Source of the DNA: Candidatus Omnitrophota bacterium
GTDB lineage: Bacteria > Omnitrophota > Gorgyraeia > Gygaellales > Profunditerraquicolaceae
Direction: 5' to 3'
Assembly (NCBI GenBank): GCA_041653115.1
Contig: JBAZGA010000002.1
Span: forward strand, 27,243 to 91,242
Length of the DNA stretch: 64,000 nucleotides
The position numbers were made by a program, and so were the translations under genes. This document shows, piece after piece, positions 49,978 to 59,292 of this stretch; position 1 is the first letter of the stretch, and the number at the start of each line of letters is the position of its first letter. The notes beneath the pieces were generated by a model. The model ran no database searches. It was not told the origin of the DNA and was given only the letters and a program-made list of their open reading frames with translations.

Positions 49978-50012
49978 TGTCCCCGGGGAGTTATGATGCT
50001 ACCACATAATCC

Positions 50013-51407
50013 CTAATTAAGCAAGATTTCTTCGCCTTTAGCCGGGATATAGACATCCAGGCCTTTTTGGCTAAGCGCATCGGCTAAGGCCTGGGATTGC
50101 TCGGCGTCTCCATGGACTAAGAATACCCGTTTTATCGGCAAAGCTGCCGAAACAAAATCTACCAGTTCATTCCTGTCCGCATGCCCGGAAAAGGCGTTAA
50201 TCACCACGACTTCGGCATTCAGCTCGTATTCTATCCCATAGATGCGCACAAAACGCTCTCTGTCGACAATCCTCTTGCCGAGGGTATCCCTGGCCATATA
50301 ACCGACGACGAGGATGGTATTCCGGGAATCCTCAATATTATTTTTGAGGTGATGTAAAATCCTGCCCGATTCACACATCCCTGACCCGGAAATAATAATC
50401 ATCGGCCGCTTATCATTGTTGAGGGTCTTGGATTCCTTGCGGTCGCGGATAAACCTTAAGTTCAAGAATTCAAAAGGGTTGTCTCCGCTGCGGATTGCCC
50501 GGTGCGTCTGCCTGTCCATGTAATCAATGTGGCGCTGGAAGGCATCCGTGATATCGGTTGCCAGGGGGCTGTCTACATATACGGGTACAGCCGGTATGGC
50601 TTTCTCTTTTAAAAGTTCGTTTAAAAAATAAATTACCTCCTGCGTGCGTTCCAGGGTAAATGAAGGAATGAGGATTTTCCCTTTTCGCTCCAGGGTATTG
50701 TTAATTGCCGTTTTTAATTTCAGCTTAGCTTCTTCAATGGGCGCATGCAGCCGGCCGCCGTAGGTGCTCTCTAACACCAGGTAATCCAGCCGCTTCACTA
50801 AAGTCGGGTCATTGAGCATCGGCAGGCCTTTTCTTCCCAAGTCAACCGCATACCCCAGGCGAGTGTTCTTCCCGCCGTCTTTTATCTCCAGGACGACAAT
50901 CGCCGAGCCCAGGATATGCCCGGCGTCAAAAAGCGCGGCAGAAATATTCTGCTTAATCTGGATTTTCTGTCCGTAAGAAACCGGGTGGATTCTCTTTGCC
51001 GCCTTGCCGGCTTCCCTTCTGGTATAGAGCGGTTTTCTTAAAGGCTGGCCCAGCCGTTTATTGATTTTATTGACGTATTTGACGTCTTCTTCCTGGATTT
51101 TCCCCGAATCTTCCAGCATCAACCTGGCTATATCTTTAGTGGCGGAAGTAGCATAGATTCTACAACGCGCCCCCTTCTTGATTAAACTGGGCAGGTTCCC
51201 GCAATGGTCGATGTGGGCGTGAGATAAAATTACGGCATCCAGCTTGTGCGGGTTGTAGGGGAAATTCGTGTTTACCCGGTAAAAATCGTCGCGCTTGCCC
51301 TGGAAAAGCCCGATATCCAAAAGGACGCTTGACTTATTCGCTAAGACAAGATGCATTGAGCCGGTAACCGTCCCTGCTCCGCCTAAGAATTTTATAGTTG
51401 TGGCCAT
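50013..51407 (-). CDS. beta-CASP family metallo-beta-lactamase-fold ribonuclease (CPSF/Ysh1-like, COG1236)
   Basis: HAHIDHCG metal-binding motif, beta-CASP insert and C-terminal His; 464 aa. Confidence 0.75.
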   Translation of the reverse strand: MATTIKFLGGAGTVTGSMHLVLANKSSVLLDIGLFQGKRDDFYRVNTNFPYNPHKLDAVILSHAHIDHCGNLPSLIKKGARCRIYATSATKDIARLMLEDSGKIQEEDVKYVNKINKRLGQPLRKPLYTRREAGKAAKRIHPVSYGQKIQIKQNISAALFDAGHILGSAIVVLEIKDGGKNTRLGYAVDLGRKGLPMLNDPTLVKRLDYLVLESTYGGRLHAPIEEAKLKLKTAINNTLERKGKILIPSFTLERTQEVIYFLNELLKEKAIPAVPVYVDSPLATDITDAFQRHIDYMDRQTHRAIRSGDNPFEFLNLRFIRDRKESKTLNNDKRPMIIISGSGMCESGRILHHLKNNIEDSRNTILVVGYMARDTLGKRIVDRERFVRIYGIEYELNAEVVVINAFSGHADRNELVDFVSAALPIKRVFLVHGDAEQSQALADALSQKGLDVYIPAKGEEILLN

Positions 51408-51409
51408 GA

Positions 51410-52933
51410 TTAAGTAACAAAGAGGTTGGGGGAAGAAAACTTGCCGTCAGTGGTCAGATTGACGCCTAACCTCTTCAGGCCGACTTCATCGCCGGGCGTA
51501 GGGATATGCGTCATATGCACTTCACAGCCTTTTAATTCCGCGAGCTTGTTCATTGCCAGTTCCGCGGTATGGTTGGTAGTGGCGCTGATCGCCAGGGCAA
51601 TCAGGGTTTCTTCCAAATCCAGGCTTTCGGATTCGGTATCGATAATCCCTTCCTTCAATTTTCTGATCTGATTTATAATATGCGGCGAAAGCAGGAGAAT
51701 CTCGTCGGGGATATTGGCCAGGACCTTGACGGCGTTCATGATCAGGCTGGAGGCGGCGTGCATCAGTTTTGAATTCTTGCCGGTGATAACCCTTCCGTTA
51801 CTTAACTGGATAGCCGCGCCGCAATAGATACCTTCATTCCCCTTGCCTTTTGCCTCTGCTTCTTCCGCGGCTTTACGAGCGACCTCAACTACAGGCCGGT
51901 CAATAACTTTCACTCCCTGCTCTTCCATCAAAATCATCACCCTGTCTACGGTCTCTTTCTTTTCTATCCCCAGGACATATTCGGCATTATAGCGAAAATA
52001 CCTCCTGATTAATTCCTGTTTTGCCGCCTCCTGCACTGCCTGATCGTCAACGATGCCGAAGCCTGCGCGGTTGACGCCCATATCCGTAGGCGAATGATAC
52101 ATCAGGGGCTTGGCGTTCTTGTCGAATATTTTATTCAGGATTAATTTTAATATCGGAAACGATTCCACGTCGCGGTTATAGTTTATCGCGGTCTCATTAT
52201 CTTCATTAAGATGAAAGGGGTCGACTAAATTGAAGTCCTGTATATCAGCGGTGGCGGCTTCATAAGCCACATTCACCGGATGCTTCAGCGGCAGGTTCCA
52301 GATAGGGAAAGTCTCAAACTTGGCATAACCGGCGTTTATCGAGCGCTTGTGCTCCTGGTATAACTGCGAGAGGCAGGTGGCGAGCTTTCCGCTGCCCGGG
52401 CCGGGGCCGGTAACGATGACAATGGAATGCTCGGTCTCTATATATTCATTCCTGCCAAAACCCTTATCGCTGACCACTAAATCTACGTTCGCCGGATAAC
52501 CTTCTATCGGGTAATGTAAGTAGACCTTCACGCCCCGGCGTTCCAATTTATTCTTAAAAATCACCGCTGCCGATTGATTGCTGAAGCGCGTAATCACTAC
52601 TGCCAGGATATCCAGGCCCCACTTTCTTAAATCATCGATTAACTTTAATGTCGCGGCATCGTAGGTGATGCCGAAGTCGCCGCGCACCCTTCCTTTTTCA
52701 ATGTCGCCGGCATAAATACAGAGGACAATATCTATCTTATCCTTTAATTCCTGAAGTAATCTTATCTTGACATTGGGGTCATAGCCGGGCAGGACGCGCG
52801 CAGCGTGGTAATCAAACAAAAGTTTCCCGCCGAACTCCAGATAAAGCTTATTCCCGAATCTCTTCACCCGGTCTAAAATCGCCGCCGTCTGCTCTTTCAG
52901 GTATTTTTCGTTATCAAAACCGGTCTGTTTCAT
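51410..52933 (-). CDS. DUF1846 / UPF0371 family protein
   Basis: 507 aa; N-terminus FDNEKYLKEQTAAILDRV...KLYLEFGGKL..D.HAARVLPG matches the UPF0371 signature region; 2-nt gap to the RNase gene. Confidence 0.7.
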   Translation of the reverse strand: MKQTGFDNEKYLKEQTAAILDRVKRFGNKLYLEFGGKLLFDYHAARVLPGYDPNVKIRLLQELKDKIDIVLCIYAGDIEKGRVRGDFGITYDAATLKLIDDLRKWGLDILAVVITRFSNQSAAVIFKNKLERRGVKVYLHYPIEGYPANVDLVVSDKGFGRNEYIETEHSIVIVTGPGPGSGKLATCLSQLYQEHKRSINAGYAKFETFPIWNLPLKHPVNVAYEAATADIQDFNLVDPFHLNEDNETAINYNRDVESFPILKLILNKIFDKNAKPLMYHSPTDMGVNRAGFGIVDDQAVQEAAKQELIRRYFRYNAEYVLGIEKKETVDRVMILMEEQGVKVIDRPVVEVARKAAEEAEAKGKGNEGIYCGAAIQLSNGRVITGKNSKLMHAASSLIMNAVKVLANIPDEILLLSPHIINQIRKLKEGIIDTESESLDLEETLIALAISATTNHTAELAMNKLAELKGCEVHMTHIPTPGDEVGLKRLGVNLTTDGKFSSPNLFVT

Positions 52934-52950
52934 CGCTCTCCTGCCTGATG

Positions 52951-52979
52951 TTCAGGCAGTATTATAATATAAGCCTTAA
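52951..52979 (-). promoter_or_regulatory. sigma70-type promoter for the DUF1846-RNase operon (-35 TTTACA, 17 nt, -10 TATAAT)
   Basis: Reverse strand reads TTTACAaatcttaaggcttatatTATAAT; the transcript would begin at an 8-bp hairpin abutting the SD. Confidence 0.4.
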
Positions 52980-53003
52980 GATTTGTAAATAGGATATAAT
53001 AAC

Positions 53004-54350
53004 TCAAATTAAAGGAAGGTATTCTTTGCCGCTGGTCAGGGGATTTAAAGAGCGTTCTATTTTAATTTTCCCTTTTAATGCTTTTAAATCAATGGTCTCT
53101 TTTTTGTCGGCGGGCGCGATAACTTCAACTTTAGGACAGAAGATATCGTCTTCGTTTTCTTCCCTGGCCACCGCGACTCTGCCGTCGCTTAAAAGCAGGA
53201 GTGTCCCTACCGGCCAAACGCCGATTACCCGGAAGAACCTCTCCAAAAGCTGCGGCTCAAAGACGTCGCCTTTTTGCCGCAGCATCAAATCATAAATCAT
53301 CTCCGGAGGATAGTCGCTCTTATAGCTCCTCCTCTGGGAGAGGGCGTCGTAAATGTCGCAGAGAGAAACAATCATCGAGGCAATATGCGGTTTTTGATAG
53401 AATGACACTTTCGGATAGCCCTTTAAATTATATTTTAGATGGTGCTCAAAACAAACTACCACCGGTAAAATCCCCAAGGTATCTACGTATTTAAGCAGGA
53501 TCTCGGTGCCGACGATAACATGGCTTTTCATTTGGGTGAACTCTTCTTCAGTTAATTTATCCGACTTCTGGATAAGCTTGCGGGAGATATAGGTCTTGCC
53601 GATATCATGGAATAACGCCGCAGTCCCTATATCCAGTATCTCCTCCTTGGCAAAACCGATTTTGGAAGAAAAATACATGGAAAGTATGGAGACGTTCAGG
53701 AGATGAAAAAATGTCCTGACGTCATATCTCTTCAGCGCGGCAAAAGTTAAAAAATGCTGATAGCGGCCCAAAAGGTTCTCCATCACATCGGTAACGGTAA
53801 GCCGCAAGGCCAGATAATCAATTGTTTCTTCATTTAACACCGCTTCCAGGGAACGGGTTACTTCGCCTAAGGAATTCTCATAAGTACTTAAATAGGTCAT
53901 TGACTTTGCTACCTTGTCCTCGGCCGATGCAGCGGCCGCAGGGGCCTTGATTTTGCCTACCGCTATATTTTTCACTCCTAAGAGATTCAAATATTCCTGG
54001 GGCGGGCGCTGCACCTCTTCCTTGGGGGTCAATAAGAAGCTGACGAACCTGCTTAACTCTTCGCTTTCTAAGCCGGGCAGGAAAATAATCCTCTCCACGC
54101 CTCTTTCTTTTAAATAGCGGATGATCAGAGCGGACATTTTGCTCAGCTCGAAAAAAATCTCTTTTTCAAAAACCAGCTCCTCGCCGATAATCCCGATAGT
54201 CAAATCCTGCCTGTCCTTTAAAACATCCTTCAGGCTAAGATAGGCCTTATCAATGGACTTTTTAAATTGCGGGTGCCAGGCAGGATACATCCTGGTTACC
54301 TGTAAACAGGAAATAAACTCCTTAAGACAGCTTTCAATCTTTTCCAGCAT
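53004..54350 (-). CDS. HD-GYP domain c-di-GMP phosphodiesterase with ~220-aa N-terminal domain of unknown function
   Basis: HD-GYP catalytic region (HDIGKTYIS..., HH..YNLKGYP); the N-terminal region is paralogous to the N-terminus of the upstream 646-aa protein. Confidence 0.8.
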   Translation of the reverse strand: MLEKIESCLKEFISCLQVTRMYPAWHPQFKKSIDKAYLSLKDVLKDRQDLTIGIIGEELVFEKEIFFELSKMSALIIRYLKERGVERIIFLPGLESEELSRFVSFLLTPKEEVQRPPQEYLNLLGVKNIAVGKIKAPAAAASAEDKVAKSMTYLSTYENSLGEVTRSLEAVLNEETIDYLALRLTVTDVMENLLGRYQHFLTFAALKRYDVRTFFHLLNVSILSMYFSSKIGFAKEEILDIGTAALFHDIGKTYISRKLIQKSDKLTEEEFTQMKSHVIVGTEILLKYVDTLGILPVVVCFEHHLKYNLKGYPKVSFYQKPHIASMIVSLCDIYDALSQRRSYKSDYPPEMIYDLMLRQKGDVFEPQLLERFFRVIGVWPVGTLLLLSDGRVAVAREENEDDIFCPKVEVIAPADKKETIDLKALKGKIKIERSLNPLTSGKEYLPLI

Positions 54351-56274
54351 GCCACTTACCTAAAGTTTGCAGCGCTTTTTTTCTGATGCTCCTGTTCCAG
54401 AAAAAACGCCTTCCGGCAAGAGGGGCCAAATATCCCTCTGCCTCTTTTAAGCCCATCCCGTCTATCAGCGTGATATTTTCTATGAGCAGCTTATTTTTCC
54501 GGCCGAATGGGCTGGGAATAGATAATAACTTTTCCAATGCCGTTTTCCTGGCAGCCTCGTCTTTGTCCAGGGCCTCTAAGGCCGCCTTCTTTAAAAAGAT
54601 ATCTCCTGTTTCTAAAACAGAAAATAAAAACTCGTTATCATGCCGGGATAAACCGCGCATTGCCTTTAAGACCTCTAACTTGATAACGTTATTGGAAAAA
54701 GAAAATATATGCTTAAGCAGGCTTTCGCTTAAGAAAGAATCGACGCTTTTCAGGGCCGCGGTGATTTTACCGAGAAAATCAATATCGAATTGTTTCTTTT
54801 CCAGCTCTTCGTAAATCTGGGGCAGCTTTTCCGGAAAGAATTTTAAGAGCAGCCTGAGGGCAAAGGGAGTAACCTTTCCTTCGTCAAAAAGGTTTTCCAG
54901 GTAGTAATTAAACCCCAGGACGCTTTTCTCTGTCTTATCTATAAAGTATTCCAGTCCCGCAGGCGGCTGATCTAAAAAAGCGGCCTTTTCTATAAAATCG
55001 TAAATGCAAATATCCAAATCTTTAAAAACTTCAAGTAATGACGGGCTCTCCTTTCTTTTTTGAGTTAAAACATCCCATAAAAACTTTAAATATTCCAGGC
55101 GGCGCTTTTGGATTAGCCGGTTAGCCTCTGCCAAGATACGCCCGGAAATCAAGCTCAATCTCTCCTGATCGCCCTCTCGAGCGAATAGATTGAGCAATAA
55201 AAAAAAGTAATTTATCTGCAGGGCTTCGCGGTCAAAGGAAAAGTCTTCCGTTACGGGCCTACCGGTAAAAAGCGAAGAAATGGCGTGGCGGTAAAACTCG
55301 GGGACAAAGAGGCTGTCGGCTCCGGAAAAAAGCTCTCTGACCCTCTTCCTGAGCTTGGGGTCGTTTTCTAAAGATCCTGTATTTTTTATTTTCTCCTTCA
55401 ATGCGGAAGCAACTCCCTGGTGCGCGTCTTCGCCGATCAGCCGGGAAAACAGCTTAAAACTCAAATAATTGAAACTATCTTCCCTTAAAATTTCGTGGCA
55501 TAAGACATCGGCGAAATCTTCTTTATTTAAATGCTGGAAAAAAGCTTTTATTTTATCGAGCTCGTCTTCCCGGGGAAGATTCTTATCTTTTAAAATAAAT
55601 TTAAGCAGCTCCTTGGTGCAGCGGTAAAATTTCTCTTTTTCCTTGTCTTTAAGGTAGGCGAGAAAATTATAGAGGTTCTCCCTTAATTCCTCGTCTTCCA
55701 GAAGGTCCCGGGCTTTAAACTTACCGATAATTTTTTCAAAATTGTCCGCGAATTCATTAATCTGTGCCGGAGCTTCTTTTCTTACCGCGTCCTTAAATAA
55801 GTAAACCCAGATATCTTTGAATTCCTCGCCTTCATCTTTTAAAAACTGGGAATAGTCGAGTTCCTCGATATGGATATGAGGGTCCTTCTGTTTGTTTATT
55901 TCCAAAATATTTTGTATCCCGCCCTGCCTTAGAATTTCTCTTTTCGGCAGGGATATCCTATTCAAGAAATCGATTAATTCCGTAAAAGAGACGCCTTTGC
56001 TGAACTCGATGCTCTTAAGCTTGCGCATATGGAACATCTGCGCCAGGTCAACATACAACGGCCCTTTATCGTAAGAGACTTCCTCTATGAATAAAGATTC
56101 GGGAGCGATATTAATCTTGACGGGGCTTAAAAAATCGAATAATGCGTTGATTTTCTGCTGGAAACGCTCGACCGATTTTATGAAGTAGGGATGGTCTTTG
56201 GAATAGGCGGAAGCGTTGTTTATAACTATGCGCAGCTCTCTTAAGAACTCATATAGGGCTTCCTCTTTAGTCAT
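54334..56274 (-). CDS. large alpha-helical protein sharing the HD-GYP partner's N-terminal domain; C-terminal HEAT/PBS-lyase-like repeats; no catalytic motif
   Basis: 646 aa; residues ~7-115 align with the HD-GYP protein N-terminus (HPYFIKSVERF.. vs HPQFKKSIDKA..; RKLKSIEFSKGVSFTELIDFL..PKRE vs RGVERIIFLPGLESEELSRFV..PKEE); 17-nt overlap with the HD-GYP gene. Confidence 0.5.
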   Translation of the reverse strand: MTKEEALYEFLRELRIVINNASAYSKDHPYFIKSVERFQQKINALFDFLSPVKINIAPESLFIEEVSYDKGPLYVDLAQMFHMRKLKSIEFSKGVSFTELIDFLNRISLPKREILRQGGIQNILEINKQKDPHIHIEELDYSQFLKDEGEEFKDIWVYLFKDAVRKEAPAQINEFADNFEKIIGKFKARDLLEDEELRENLYNFLAYLKDKEKEKFYRCTKELLKFILKDKNLPREDELDKIKAFFQHLNKEDFADVLCHEILREDSFNYLSFKLFSRLIGEDAHQGVASALKEKIKNTGSLENDPKLRKRVRELFSGADSLFVPEFYRHAISSLFTGRPVTEDFSFDREALQINYFFLLLNLFAREGDQERLSLISGRILAEANRLIQKRRLEYLKFLWDVLTQKRKESPSLLEVFKDLDICIYDFIEKAAFLDQPPAGLEYFIDKTEKSVLGFNYYLENLFDEGKVTPFALRLLLKFFPEKLPQIYEELEKKQFDIDFLGKITAALKSVDSFLSESLLKHIFSFSNNVIKLEVLKAMRGLSRHDNEFLFSVLETGDIFLKKAALEALDKDEAARKTALEKLLSIPSPFGRKNKLLIENITLIDGMGLKEAEGYLAPLAGRRFFWNRSIRKKALQTLGKWHAGKD

Positions 56275-56283
56275 CTTCAGATT

Positions 56284-56312
56284 ATTTTACTGCTAAAAGG
56301 GGAATTGTTCAA
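56284..56312 (-). promoter_or_regulatory. sigma70-type promoter for the 646-aa protein/HD-GYP operon (-35 TTGAAC, 17 nt, -10 TAAAAT); near-leaderless
   Basis: Reverse strand reads TTGAACaattccccttttagcagTAAAATaatctgaagATG; the -35 overlaps the pyrG stop codon. Confidence 0.4.
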
Positions 56313-57913
56313 TAACAAAACTGCAGGGCGGCCTTGATAAATTCCCTGAATAACGGGTGGGCTTTATCCGGCTTGGACTTAAATTCCGGATGGAACTGCA
56401 CGGCGATAAAATAGGGGTGTTTTTTCAATTCGATGATTTCTACCAGATTTTTCCTCGGATATATACCGGAGAAATCAATGCCTTGCCTTTCAAAAATTTT
56501 CTTGAATTTATTGTTAAATTCATACCGGTGGCGGTGCCTTTCGTAAATTACCGTCTTGCCATACACCCGAAAGGCCAGAGTATTCCTTTTAATTTTACAA
56601 GGGTAGGCTCCCAGGCGCATGGTAGCGCCCATTTCCCTGATTTTTTTCTGCTCTTCCAAGAGGCTGATTACCGGGTATTTTGCCGAGGGCTTAAACTCCG
56701 TGGAGTTCGCATCCTTTAAAGCGCAGCTGTTCCTGGCGAATTCAATTACCGCGCACTGCATCCCCAGGCATAACCCTAAAAAGGGAATCTTATTCTGGCG
56801 GGCATATTTAATCGCTTTGATTTTACCCTCTATCCCGCGGTAGCCGAAACCGCCGGGCACAAGGACGCCGCTTACCTCCGCTAATAATTTTTCCGCCCCG
56901 TGCTTCTCGATATCCTCGGAGTCCACTTTTTTCACTTCTACCCGGGCGTTATTGGCGATACCGGCGTGCGCCAGGGCTTCAAAAATAGATTTATAAGCAT
57001 CCTGCAGGCCGATATATTTTCCCACCAGGGCAATGCTTACTTTATTTTCGGGCTCAAGCGCCCTGGCCACCACATTCTTTTCCCAGTCCTTGAGCTGTGA
57101 TGAACGGGAGATTAACTTGAAATGGCTTAAAATTATTTCGTCGAGCACCTGCTCTTTAAAGACCAGGGGTATCTGGTAGATCGTAGCCACATCCCGCGCC
57201 TCAATTACCGCCTCTTTCTGTACGTTGCAGAAGAGGGAAATCTTTTCTTTGACTTCGCCGGATAAGGGCTTTTCCGTACGGCAGATTAAGATGTCCGGCT
57301 GAATCCCGATTTCGCGCAAAGTCCCGACACTATGCTGCGTCGGCTTGGTTTTTATTTCCTCGGCGCTTTTAATAAAAGGAACGAGCGTCACATGGACATA
57401 TAGAACACTGTCCCTGCCCATATCCAGGCCGAACTGCCTGGCCGCCTCGAGAAACGGCAGGCTTTCGATATCCCCTACGGTGCCGCCGATTTCTATCAGG
57501 ATAATCTCCGCCCGGGAAACCTCCGCCACTTTTTTTATCCTCTCTTTTATTTCATCGGTAACATGCGGGATAACCTGGATGGTCTTACCCAAATAGTCTC
57601 CCCGGCGCTCCCGGGAAATCACGGTGTTATATACCTGGCCGGTAGTGGCATTATTGAATTTTGTCATTTGCGCGCTGGTAAAACGCTCATAGTGGCCTAA
57701 ATCCAAATCCGTCTCTGCGCCGTCTTCGGTCACATAAACCTCGCCGTGCTGATAAGGGTTCATCGTCCCGGGGTCAACATTGATGTAAGGATCAAGCTTC
57801 ATCAGGCTCACTTTTATGCCGCGCGACTCCAGGATTTTTCCGATAGAGGCGCAGGTGATACCCTTGCCTAAACTCGAAATCACTCCTCCGGTAATAAAAA
57901 TATATTTAGCCAT
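56309..57913 (-). CDS. pyrG: CTP synthase
   Basis: 534 aa; synthetase domain N-terminus [16 protein letters not shown] and GATase domain GLCLGMQ. Confidence 0.9.
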   Translation of the reverse strand: MAKYIFITGGVISSLGKGITCASIGKILESRGIKVSLMKLDPYINVDPGTMNPYQHGEVYVTEDGAETDLDLGHYERFTSAQMTKFNNATTGQVYNTVISRERRGDYLGKTIQVIPHVTDEIKERIKKVAEVSRAEIILIEIGGTVGDIESLPFLEAARQFGLDMGRDSVLYVHVTLVPFIKSAEEIKTKPTQHSVGTLREIGIQPDILICRTEKPLSGEVKEKISLFCNVQKEAVIEARDVATIYQIPLVFKEQVLDEIILSHFKLISRSSQLKDWEKNVVARALEPENKVSIALVGKYIGLQDAYKSIFEALAHAGIANNARVEVKKVDSEDIEKHGAEKLLAEVSGVLVPGGFGYRGIEGKIKAIKYARQNKIPFLGLCLGMQCAVIEFARNSCALKDANSTEFKPSAKYPVISLLEEQKKIREMGATMRLGAYPCKIKRNTLAFRVYGKTVIYERHRHRYEFNNKFKKIFERQGIDFSGIYPRKNLVEIIELKKHPYFIAVQFHPEFKSKPDKAHPLFREFIKAALQFCY

Positions 57914-57916
57914 CGT

Positions 57917-59290
57917 CTATACCCTCTCCAGTATGTTCTTGGATAGCTTTTTATCCAGTTTAATCGGATAATCCCCGTTAAAGCAGGCGGTGCAGAATTT
58001 GCCCCTGGCTAAAGGCATCGCCGCCAGCATCCCTTCCAGGCTCAAATACTTTAAGCTGTCTACTCCGATAAAATCCCTGACCCATTCGACCGTATGCTTA
58101 GCCGCAATCAACTCCTTTTGCGTGGGAAAATCAATCCCGAAAAAACAGGGGAACTTAAGCGGAGGGCAACTTACCCGCATATGGATTTCTTTTACTCCGG
58201 CCTCGCGCAGGGCCTTGACACGCTGCCGGCTGGTGGTGCCCCGGACAATTGAATCTTCGACCAGCACCAGCCGCTTATCTTTCAAAATATCCCTCACCGG
58301 GTTAAGCTTAACCCTCACCCGAAAATCGCGTAAAAACTGCGTCGGTTGAATAAACGTCCTGCCGATATAATGGTTACGGATCATCCCCATTTCAAAAGGA
58401 ATTCCCGAGACGCGGGAAAACCCTAAAGCCGCATAAGTACCGGAATCAGGAATAGGCATTACCAGGTCGGCATCTACAGGGTGCTCCTTTGCCAGTTGCT
58501 CGCCCAATCTTTTTCTTGCCTCATAGACATTATTCCCAAAGATGCAGCTGTCGGGCCGGGCAAAGTAAATATATTCAAAAATACAAAAGGCGGAGCGGCT
58601 CTGCGCAAAAGGCCTGACTGACTCGACGTTATCCTTATGGATAAAGACTACTTCTCCCGGCTCTACGTCTCTGAGGTATTGGGCTCCTACCAAATCCAAA
58701 GCACAGGTCTCGCTGGCCAGGATGTGCGCACCATTGAGCCGGCCCAGGCATAAAGGCCGCCAGCCAAAGGGGTCTCTTGCGCCGACAAGGACATCGTTGA
58801 ACATCATCACTAAAGAATAGGCGCCTTCCAGCTGCATTAAGGAACGGGCGATTCTCTCGTGATAATCCGTTTCCGGGGAATGCGTTAAAAGATGGGCAAC
58901 CACTTCTGAATCCATCGTGCTCTGGAAGATCGCGCCTTTGTCCTCCAGTTCCCGGCGAAGACTAAGGGCATTGGTGAGGTTACCGTTATGGGCAATTGCG
59001 ATATCTCCTGCTTTTGCCTTCACGTAAAAAGGCTGGGTATTCTTGATATTGCTGCTTCCGGTAGTAGAATACCGCACGTGCCCGACTGCCATTTCTCCGC
59101 GTAAGCCCCTGAGGATACTCTCCTCAAAAACATCGCTTACTAACCCTAAGGCCTTATGCAGATATACCTTGTTGCCGTTACGCGTAACTATCCCCGCTGC
59201 TTCCTCCCCCCGGTGCTGCAGGGCGTAGAGCCCTAAATAGGCTATCCGCGAAGCATCTTTATGAGGGTAGATACCGAATATCCCGCACAT
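57917..59290 (-). CDS. purF: amidophosphoribosyltransferase
   Basis: MCGIFGIY Ntn N-terminus; PRT domain; C-terminal Cys cluster (4Fe-4S type). Confidence 0.9.
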   Translation of the reverse strand: MCGIFGIYPHKDASRIAYLGLYALQHRGEEAAGIVTRNGNKVYLHKALGLVSDVFEESILRGLRGEMAVGHVRYSTTGSSNIKNTQPFYVKAKAGDIAIAHNGNLTNALSLRRELEDKGAIFQSTMDSEVVAHLLTHSPETDYHERIARSLMQLEGAYSLVMMFNDVLVGARDPFGWRPLCLGRLNGAHILASETCALDLVGAQYLRDVEPGEVVFIHKDNVESVRPFAQSRSAFCIFEYIYFARPDSCIFGNNVYEARKRLGEQLAKEHPVDADLVMPIPDSGTYAALGFSRVSGIPFEMGMIRNHYIGRTFIQPTQFLRDFRVRVKLNPVRDILKDKRLVLVEDSIVRGTTSRQRVKALREAGVKEIHMRVSCPPLKFPCFFGIDFPTQKELIAAKHTVEWVRDFIGVDSLKYLSLEGMLAAMPLARGKFCTACFNGDYPIKLDKKLSKNILERV

Positions 59291-59292
59291 CG

